64,000 bases of DNA from the NCBI RefSeq assembly GCF_048593235.1, contig NC_133618.1, positions 271,275,882 through 271,339,881 of the forward strand. Reading direction: 5' to 3'. The DNA comes from Sminthopsis crassicaudata (lineage: Eukaryota). The position numbers and the translations under genes were made by a program. Below are positions 1 through 10,271 of this stretch, in pieces. A model generated the notes under the pieces. It made no database searches and was not told the origin of the DNA. It saw only the letters and a program-made list of their open reading frames with translations. Each line of letters opens with the position of its first letter. Within the stretch, counting starts at the first letter, position 1.

Positions 1-1330
1 ATGTGCGAAACTGTTTTCTGTACAACTCTCTATGGTGTCTAGCATATACTACATACAGTTAAACACTCCCTTTCATCAATTCTTTTGGCAACATTATGAA
101 AGAGTATTACAAATTTGCAGTCTGCATTGTAGGGCAAGACGCCTGCATTATTCTGGACAATGAATCGTTCTTCCTGTCACAAAAATAAAAATGAGGTTCT
201 TGAAGAGGATAGTGAGATTGCTTATATCAGTTTTTACTGAAAAGTCCTGTTTTCCTTTTCTGCTAGTAAGTCACATTTGCTAATGAAATGCTCATTTTAA
301 TTTTATGTACAGGTGGCTTCGGAGCCTTGAAAGTGAAACATTGGACTTCAGCTTTATAGGGCATTTTATATCTATCCATAGCTGAATGATAGTTCCTTCT
401 CTTTAATATTATGTAACATAGAATAGAAACTTACTTCTATACTTTCTATTGAGTGCAGGCATTTAATATGAGCTTGTATACAAAGCATTGTTTTAGATTC
501 TGAAAGAAATAAAGGTTGATGAATATAATACATACTATTATGGAAGATAAGAAATGTAGGTAAATAATTTAATTGCAAAGTGGAACTTAGATATATAAGA
601 AAAGTAGAGGGGAAAGATTATGAGATTTCTGAATGGGAGACATTTCTAGATGAGAAGATTGGATAAAAACTACATGAAGTAAATGATACTTCAAAATGAA
701 TAGGATTTTAGCAGGTAGAGATTAAGGGAGAATAAGATTCTATACTTAGGACACCCAGAAAGCATAGAATATGTGTTATTTGACTGAAGAGTAGACTTTA
801 GGAGGAGATGATAAGAGCTAAAGTTGGAAAATTAGATTGCTGCCAAGTGATGTGATGCTTTGAATACCACTATGATCAGATTTTTAGCTACATATGAAGT
901 AAGAGCAAGTTATAATTATGAATTATTTATTAGATAACTGTAATGCACTGAATTCTTTGCAAAACATAAAGTTGCATCCTGTTGAATTATTTATCAACTG
1001 AAAACAGCGATGAGGTATATTTTAGAGGTTATACAAGAGTGAAGATAATTATATCATTTCTGGGAGGAGCCTATGCTTATTAACTAGGTTGATTTTTGAA
1101 AGCATTACCTATAGAAAAAGAAAAATTAAGTTTTCTTCTTACACCAAATTTTCATTAAAGATCTTTTATAGTATAGGAGTAATAAATGTCTAGTTTGTTT
1201 CAGGAACCATTTGCAATCTATTTTCATTGACCAGAAACGAGAACAGTATAGGAAGAAAAGTTAGCGGAAACCACTTTCTTCTCCTTTTATGTTTTCTTTA
1301 CCTTTCAGTTTTATCCATTCTGCCACCTAT

Positions 1331-1361
<31 letters not shown>

Positions 1362-3149
1362 CCTAACTGCATCATTGCTATGTTTTTCTTTCCTGTTCTG
1401 CATTTCTATAATCTGAGAAAAAGTATTTGCCTGTTCTTCAGGGGAAGATAACCTTTCTTTGAAGTAAGGTTGAGAGTAGAACATAGAACTGAAGATTACA
1501 GAAAAATTAATTTTAACCTATTGTCCTTTAAGGATTTTTGCTGATGAAGCTAAGGCTAGGGATAAAGACAGTGTCATACATATGACTCAGAATATAGTTT
1601 GTAAAAATTGACCAGAGCTGCCTATATAAAGTATAATGCAGAAATGGAAATAAGCCTTTCTAGAAATCAATATTGTAACAGCCTGTTAAGTTACATCATA
1701 AAAATTCAAGCAAATAAGTGATTAACAAAATAAGTGATGATCTAAAAAGATTAAAGGGTTTAATGTGATTTTTGGAAACTGGAATTCTTGATTGGGAACT
1801 GTCAGTATGAAAAGCTTATTTTCATGTGGCATGTATCATTGCAGACTGTTGTTCCCAACTGTAAGTGACAGTGTGCCAGAGAGAAAAATTTCTTCTACAG
1901 ACAGCCTTTGTTCAACTTGACCTCATTTCAGAGAAGTCTTTAGAAGTTATATGCCCCAGTCTTCTCTTTCCCATCTTCTATCACAGTAAGAATTTCCCTA
2001 CCTAAAAAAAGTTTCTAAGTCTCTTCTCCAATTTTTTAACAGTTAATTCTCTAATATTAGCAGCTACCAGCTTTTATTTTTTTCTGCTTTTAATGAATCC
2101 TCATTAGATATACTTTTTCTTTGTCTTACAGGTTCTTTAAAAGAAAAAAAAAAGATATTTCATTTGCATCATTCTGTAGGTATCTCTGGATTTCATTTTG
2201 GGGAAATCTTAATAAATTAGTAACAAATCATTGATTCAGCTTTCAGGCTCAGTTTCATCCTCTTTCCATTTCATTGAATGACCCAGAATAAGTCCTTTTC
2301 AATGTCTTTATTTCCCCATGTGTACAATGAAGATAATACATTTTTACTTGCTTACATCATCAAGCTGTTGTGGGAATTAATGAGGTCATGTCTTTGAAAT
2401 GGAATTTCTCAGGGGTATAGTACCGAGCAGACAAGTAACAATTAACAGTTAATAATCATTTTATAACTCAGTGTTTTTGTACTTTAACTAGATACCAATG
2501 TCATTCTCATTTATTTGTGAATAAATAGGCTGGCTGAACCATTTCTTGTAAATTGCTAATTTTGCACACGGGTTTGACTACGATTCTTTGCATAACACCT
2601 ACTGATAGCACAAAGTGAAATATGAAATGTAATGTTTTTCAGTATAAAGTCCTATGTCTTCTTAAGACTTTCATTAGTTTCCTATGTAAAAGTAGAATTG
2701 CATTATACCACTGAAAATTGATGACAATCATTTTTATTTTCTCTTATTCTCAGTAGTTATGGTTTAGATATTTCTTCTTTTAGTCTTTGTTTGCAAGTGC
2801 TTATGTTGTTTGTATTTAATATGTATTCATATTTCATATGTAGCTGAATGTAAAAGCTGGAAGTTTCAGTTTGAGAATCAGAATCAGACAAAAGAAATTA
2901 CACGCTGTCAGGAACCACAGAAAACAGTAGCAAATTGCATCTTGCAGAAGGGATTTAGTCTCTTCTGCCTGTAGGAATGTTTCACAGTGTAGAAGAAAAA
3001 TAAAGGAAACCAGCTCTTGTAGGCTTTGAATTAGCCCCAGAAAGCTCTTGCTAATGAAACAGGCTTGCTATCCAGAAGTGATCGGTCATTTCAGCTACTG
3101 GGTTGTCAGCATCCCAAAGGTTGCCAAGAACCTTCACCTAGCCCGCTCC

Positions 3150-3180
<31 letters not shown>

Positions 3181-3310
3181 TAATCTCACTAGTGTTTCTT
3201 GAGGGATTTGCACATTTCCTCATGGGGCTTCTATAATTATCAGGGATTTTTCCCTCTAGACTTTTATAGCAGGTTTCAGTGGAGAGATTTGTAATAGTCT
3301 AAAAATCAGA

Positions 3311-3525
3311 TAGAGGCAATTAGGGGTTACAGTGGGTAGAGCACTGGGCCTGGAGTTAGGAAGACCTGACTTTAGATCTGACCTTAGACTCTTGCTAGCT
3401 GTGTGTGACCCTGCTCAAATCACTTAACCCTGTTTGCCTTAATTGTATGGAGAAGGAAATGGGGACCAACACAAGAAAAGCCTAAATGGGTTATAAAGAT
3501 TCAGACATGACTCAATAAAGACCAA
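3311..3525 (+). mobile_element. MAR1-type CORE-SINE with RTE-like tail
   Basis: tRNA-like head (gtgggtagagcactgggcctggagttagga), CORE (tgtgtgaccctg..tcacttaacc), tail ggagaaggaaatgg...catgactcaa. Confidence 0.6.
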
Positions 3526-3802
3526 ATTGGGGGCTAGTAAGATTAACTAACTAATTAGGATCATAGTCATAGTTTTGTCACTTACAAGTCCAAATCTCCC
3601 TTTCAAACCTCTTAGACTCAAAATCCCTTTTCTGGTCTCTGCTTGCCCTATATCTGTAATGCTTCTGTCACTAACAAAAAGAAAAACAAGGAGGATTTTT
3701 GTCCTGAAGCAGTTCACACAGTGCCTAGCAAATAGTAGACACTTAAGTTTTTGTTGGTTTTCTTATTTTATAGTAGCAGAAAGCTGGGAACAAATCACAT
3801 GG

Positions 3803-4204
3803 TGCAAAATTCTGTAGTCTCTCAATTATAATCCTTCTCTGGGAGGAGGTTTCTTTTCTGTTTAACGTTTTCTCTGTGAGCAGGTTTCTTGGGAGGGTTC
3901 TGGAGCCTCCAGCCAGAATGAAGGTAGAATCTCGAATCCTCTTCTTCCTCTCCAAAAGTGGGATTGCTGGACTTGTGAATGCATGGAATATCTTTCTCCT
4001 TGACCCAATCCAGAACTGACTCCTCAGACTCAACATTCTTCTTTTTATCCTCCCAGAGAATGGGCTTGTGGGTACTCCCAGGGGCTTGTGGAAACCCCTT
4101 ACTGACCAATGAACTTGCTCTTTTTTAAAGGTGTGGACTAAAACTGTGAACCCTGAGCTAGAGAATTATTAAGTACCAACTTAGCACCCAGTAAGAACCT
4201 AACA
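3803..4204 (-). mobile_element. Probable ERV solo LTR
   Basis: TG...CA termini; flanks ACATGG / TCATGG (6-bp TSD, one mismatch); starts TGTTAGG on the minus strand. Confidence 0.5.
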
Positions 4205-4972
4205 TCATGGCCTTTTACTGGGGAATGAATAAATGGGTTGTGGGTCAAAATATTACTGTGTAAATAATGGATATGATAAATGCAGAGAAGCTCAAGGAGA
4301 CTTAAATGAAATCACATAAAGTGAAGTAAATAAAACCAGGGAAACAATATATTACCATAACATTGAAGAATAGCAGTTAAGCCTGGCTTCTAGAGAAGGT
4401 CCACCCCATCTATTGCACAGGCCAGGACAAGGAATGGAGTGGGACAGGGTGTGAATGCACACACTGTTAGCTTTTCTCAGTATGCTGGTTTTTCTGAACT
4501 TTTCTTTGTTATGAGGGGTAATTTACTGGAAGGAAAAAGGATCCATTGGGAAATGTAAGGAATATTTTTTTTTAAGTTATCAGTAAGATTTAAAAAAAAA
4601 ATTATTAATCTGGGAAGCATTTTTACTTCCAGGGAACTGGTGCATTCCCAGGTGCTTATTAAATTTCTTTAATTCTTTTTTTCTGCCTTTTTACAGTAAT
4701 TAATGAGCCTGTCTAATGAAATTTATTAAGTGCTAATCATGTACCAGATACTGTGCTAGGTATTGGGACACAAAATCAGAAGTGAGAAGAGCACATTTGG
4801 GAGGCCATTGGGAGATAGGAATAAAGTAAAAAAACTAAAAAAGAAATCACTCTTGCTCTCAAGGAGTAAACAAGAAATTTATATTAGAATGTAGGAAAGT
4901 AAATACAGATTATATAAGGATGACATTGTTAGGTGATATGTATGTGCAAAATACTTTTATACAATTACTCCA

Positions 4973-5419
4973 TGTTATGGGCCAGAACTTGAAACAAGGT
5001 GCTAAGTCATTGGAATTGATAGAGACAGTGATTATGTACTTAGTACTTATTAGAGTTCACACCTTTAAGAGAGCATATCAAAGGAGGAGCTCCTACAAGC
5101 CCACTCTTGGAAGCAGAGTCAGATTCATTCCAACTTCCACCTTTGCGCTGACTGGAGGCTTTGGATTCAGAGGGAGCTAGAGGCAGAAGCTGGAAGAGAC
5201 AAAGGACTACCAGCAAGAGCTCTCAGAACCAAGGAGAGAGATAGGCCTCTAAGAAAGCTAACCGAGCTATTTTGAAGGAGACAATAAAGGATCTGGACTT
5301 TAACTCCTGGCTGCATTTGAGGTGATTATTGAACTGAGCTGAAACTAAGGCAGCCTCTAGAAGCCCTCCGAGAAATCTGCTCCCAGAGAACTTTATATTT
5401 TAGAGAAGAGAACATGACA
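4973..5419 (+). mobile_element. ERV solo LTR (6-bp TSD class)
   Basis: TGTTA...TGACA termini, AATAAA at 5283-5288, flanks ACTCCA / ACTCTA. Confidence 0.75.
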
Positions 5420-5734
5420 ACTCTAGTAGACAAATCTGGTGCAAATTTATATTCTCAAGTTCAGTTTAATAGTTTCAGACAGCTTTTTCTCAAAACACTT
5501 AGCATTTTTGCAGGAAGAATAAGGTAGGGTAAAATCTACAAGTCTAAAGAGGGGAATAAGGAAAAAGTGAGTCTGGATTTTATTATAGGTAAGTTTCCAG
5601 GAAGACTTGATATTGTTTCCAGAGGTGTATAATTGCTGTAGCTGAGTTGGGGTGAAGTAGGTAAGGACTTGTTTGAGTACAAGCACTTTTTTAAGATAAT
5701 ACATTCACAGGTTCTAAACATGATGGGTTTTTTT

Positions 5735-6070
5735 TTTGATCTTTTATTTTTATAATAATTACCTTTATTTCAAATTATATTCCCCAAATCAGTGAACCGT
5801 TCCTTGTAACAAAATAAGAAAGAAGGAATAAAAGCAGTTCAGCAAAGCCAGGCCACACATCTACCAAATATCCAAATGTGGCAGTGTAGACCATGTTACA
5901 TACCCATAATCCCTCACCCCAGTCTCTTCAAAGAAGAGAGGGAGGTGCATTTTGAGTCTCAAGTTTGGGTCTTTTCATTTACATTTTTGTCCTTGTGTAA
6001 ATACTTTACTGGTTCTTTGTTTTGTGTACATTTATGTCAGTCTTTCCATAAATTTACTGTAAGTATGTTT
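5735..6070 (-). mobile_element. Old L1 3' end fragment
   Basis: T-rich tail followed by a marsupial L1 3'UTR-like antisense sequence; boundaries approximate. Confidence 0.45.
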
Positions 6071-9000
6071 TAAGTTTTCAGCCTTGTATTCAGAAAGATG
6101 GACTCAAGACTTGGCTAATATTTTTGTATGTCAATGTGTTCAGGATCTATTGTCTTAATTAATCAAAGTTAATGAACAGAAATATGAATAGAATTCTGTT
6201 TATTGAACTTTGTGTAACTGACCTGCTACTTTGTCTTTAATTGTGTCACATTTAAATCACCTTAAAGGTAGTTTCCAATGTTATGCATGAGATAAAGAAA
6301 TGTTGTTGCCAAGAGGAAGACATAAAATAAATTAGTATGTGTTTCGTAGATTCAGGAATTAAATAAGGGGTTGTTTATATCTTTATAGAAGAGTTACCAC
6401 ATTTTTTTTTCTCAGACTTTGTTAAGAATATGATATTCTCATTATTTTCTGATTTGCAGCTGACCCAGAGTAGAATCTTAGGCTCTTGGTGGTATTTTCA
6501 TTCAAACCTCCACCTAATGCAGGTGTTTTCTATCATCCTTTCTTTGTAGCCAAGCTTGGTCATTATAATTTTACAGCATTCAATTTTGTTTGCTTTGTTC
6601 TTACCATTTAGATTGATGTGATTATCCATATTGTTTTGCCAGTAATTGTTTTCTATAATTCATGCATGAAGGGGATACTTGTTGAAAGTATGAAATGGAA
6701 GTGGGCAGACTTTCATCAATACATTCTATAGCATACTGGTATTATTTTTAAACCCATCTAATTGATAGAAATATGCACAGAAAGGAATTTCATCGCTTAT
6801 TTTTTATCAACATTTTAAAAGCATTGAATTTGGTAAAAAAGCCCAACCTTAAAAACTACCTACCAACAAGTTTTCTCTTATGCATTTGTAAAGATTGTAT
6901 GATTATAGATCCAAAGCTTAAAGACACCTTGTGGTCAAATTTGCTTCCATCCTCCCTTCATTTTGCAGACAAGATTTGAATTTGGAGAAATTATGATTTG
7001 TCCAGGGAAACACAAGTAGTAATTGACTGAGATAGGAATTAAATGGAAGTTCTCTGCTCTAAATACAGTACTCTTTGTATTATACCATGCTGTTTTCATC
7101 AATTTTATAAATTCCTTGAAAGATATAATAGTGTTATTAGGTGATCCTCATTATGAATATTAAACCAGATATAAAACAGGAAGATAATGTACTCTTCCAA
7201 AGTGTTTTTCACTGTCATGGAGGACATTTTATAACAGAGGGTAGATTGTCTGTAGATATCAAAGTTTTTATAACAAATAACATTGTTATGATTAGAACTT
7301 TAAAATGTTGAACAGTCTTAAATTATAAAAATAAGAGAATTTTACATTTGAGAAATTATTATTGCTATGTCTATAAATGTATGGATATTTTCTATAAGTG
7401 CTTAGCTGCTTTTTCAGAAGAAACACTTTATGCTTACTATTTTGCCAGCATTTCATTCTTCTGACTGAAAATTTTAAACCATGTGACATAGATAGATAGA
7501 TTGACAGACATAGACATATATATGTTTTTGGTTAGAGAAATAAACCTTTTCAGTGAAATAAGCTCAAGCAGAAATAACTATCCTAATCCTACTTTTCTTT
7601 TGTGTTTTTAGATCCTTCACTGCTTTCTCAGGTGATCCTGCTTTTTTTTTTATTTAACTGAAGTCCTTGGTCTTGACATTTGGATATATCTCCTCTCTAC
7701 TTTAACTCCATGAACCAGAATGGAAAAGATACCTTCACGTCATGTTCCACTTCTCAAATCCAGCACATTTAGCTTTGTTAGGTGGTTTCCACCAGGAAAA
7801 AAGAAGTAATTGATGTTTAAAATTCAGCAGCTGTTTACTTAGATGAAAGAAGGGATTTTTTCCCCCCCATATAGAAGCATAATATTTAGATTAGTGCCAG
7901 GTCCTTAGATGATGATATTTGTGAGTTCGTTGCCTAAGAAATCAAAATGTCTGCAGAGGCTGCTTGTATCCTGTTTGAATTAGTATAGAATTACATGTAT
8001 ACATAATTAGAACAGGATATCTTTTATTTCAGTATGGAAAGTACATTTTAGAAACTAAAAATAATGTATCTGAATCCTAATTAATTCCATCACATAGATT
8101 TCTTAATCCAGAACAAAGGGCCAGCTTTGTAGATACCCATGTGACATGGTAAGTAAAGCAGCTATATAGTATACTGGATTTTTTTTTTTTTTTTTTTTTA
8201 ACGTACATGAAGAAAACATGTTATTTTAACAAATATATTTCTGGAAGAGTATGCCCACATTTATCAGTGAGAAGAAAGATTTCTTCCTAAGAAACAAAGC
8301 CTGGCTGCATTGCCTGTTCCCTAGGTAACATTTGACTTCATACCATTAAGATGTTTTTTTCCATTTTCACAAAAAAGGATCAGATTGTTCACAAGCATAC
8401 TCCATGAATGCGTTCCTGGATCTGTTGGGGAAAACAGATTTCATTGACTTTTGATTAAACAAAGAACAAAAAATTTTGATCTTACCAAGAATTAAGGCTG
8501 TCTTATGGATACTTGATTTGCTGATACTTTTCTTCTTTGTGGAGTTTTATGGGACATTCTGGAGTTTGGGTTTTCATCCTGCTGTTGCCAAGAGTGAACT
8601 GGAACAAGTAGTCTGCCTCTGTATACTTATAACACCAGATCAAATTTGTAGTTGGCTATGAATATAGCAGAATGGAAAAAGAGTGGGAGTAGGAAAGAAT
8701 TTTCCCATGTATCTTCACCTTGAAAGACAAAAAGCATAAATACTTTTCGTAGCTCCATTTGCATGCCATCCTATATTATCATCTTTTTCAGTGTCAATGG
8801 GAACATAATCCTTTAAATCAGATGACTCTGAGAGATTTCCATGAGTGAAACTGAAGCATCTCACAGGAAGATGGGCCGCAGAATAATATTCATCAACCTT
8901 GGCTTGAAACAGAGTAAAATTAGGTCTTGGAAGAATTTTAGGGATTCATTCCCATTTGCACCCTCCCCTCCAAAAAAAAAATCCACAAAGTAGTTTTATA

Positions 9001-10144
9001 CTTAGATCAAGCACTGCAATGTGGCATAACTTGTGTTTTCCTCTGAAAAAGAAAAAGAAAAAAAAAAAAAAAAAACAATGCTTCCCTTGGCAACTGAAAT
9101 CCTTCCTTGCACCTGAGAAGTCCAAAGCAGAGTTTGGGATGAGGCGTTACTAGTTCAAGAGAAGATCGTTCTCTTTTATTTGTTACATGACTAGAGAAAT
9201 CAATCATGAAACTTTCTAGATAGTAAGACTATATGTTACATCTTTGAGTCTCTGGTAATGTGCCCATCCAGAACCTTGGTATGATGCTAAAAGTAAAGAC
9301 CCTAGATTCAGGATTGGGTCTGCACAAGTGGAAGTTTGTAAAGATGAGAATTGTCAAAATGGAATATTGATCTTTAATGAATTACTATATCTTAGCCAAT
9401 GGGAATTGAAATCTAAATCAAAATATCTTTTAGGAGAAATATATCTTTTGGGATACTCTGAATAGGTAGTCATGCCTTTTGAAAGTTCTATGTTTGCAGT
9501 ACTTAAAAATCTTTCAGTTCAGTCGGGCATACCTCCCAGTCATTTGTTTAATTTTTTTATTCGTTACTACTCTGTAAAGGTAAAGGCCAGTGTTACTGGG
9601 GAAACTCCTTACTAAAGGAGTAAACATTGGTGCCACCAAGATGTTGAGAAAGACTGTAAATCTCGGTTCTCTGCCATTCCCTTTAATGTCTTAGTATTGG
9701 TAGCCTTTCTGGCAAGATCTGCTGGCAGGCAGCAGGGCCATCCTATTCTCTTTACATCTTGTCAAACTTGCAACAGATCTATTCTGGCCCATTGGTGCTT
9801 TGGCATCAGACCTACTTCTTTAGATTCCTTAGAGTATCCTAGATCCATAACCAGTAACTTAACTGTTTAGTGTTTCCCTTAAATATATGCCTGCCTTATT
9901 TACAACTGTCAAAAAGTCTTGTTACAACTAAAATCTGTTTCGTGATTGGTTGTTTCAGCCTTATATTCCCTCTTAAGACACCTTTTGTATTTTTTTTTTC
10001 TGTCTTTCTATAATGTCCTTCTCCTAGATGTGGTTTTAGGCAGTGCTGTCTATGACCTATTGCTATACTCTCAATTTTTCCAGTCCTCCTTGTTGAGTGG
10101 AAATTTTCTTTTTTGAAAAGTTAAAACAAATAAACAAGGGACAT

Positions 10145-10152
10145 GTGCAATA
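10145..10152 (+). promoter_or_regulatory. miR-25/32/92/363/367 family 8mer site GTGCAATA
   Basis: Exact match to seed AUUGCAC plus A1, ~95 nt upstream of the miR-7 site. Confidence 0.7.
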
Positions 10153-10245
10153 ATTACATATATATATGTGCATATATATATATGTATGTATATACATATA
10201 TTTTTTTAATACTTGTGGACAAAATAATGTTACAAGTTGTTTGAG

Positions 10246-10271
10246 AACAACAAAATCACCAATGTCTTCCA
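10246..10271 (+). promoter_or_regulatory. Extended miR-7 complementary site (TDMD-trigger architecture)
   Basis: AACAACAAAATCAC-CAAT-GTCTTCCA pairs miR-7-5p (UGGAAGACUAGUGAUUUUGUUGUU) at nt 2-8 with A opposite nt 1, and at nt 11-24; nt 9-10 unpaired. Confidence 0.97.

Noticed and set aside
290-2200. Splice-acceptor-like sites at 312 and 2131 as upstream Cyrano exons; search for CHP1 exons
   Set aside because: No coherent donor-acceptor pairs and no CHP1 peptide found; upstream lncRNA exons cannot be assigned without RNA data.
9046-9075. Long A-run as a possible retrocopy tail or transcript end
   Set aside because: No upstream SINE or processed-gene body and no TSD; a simple homopolymer that could cause oligo-dT internal-priming artefacts.
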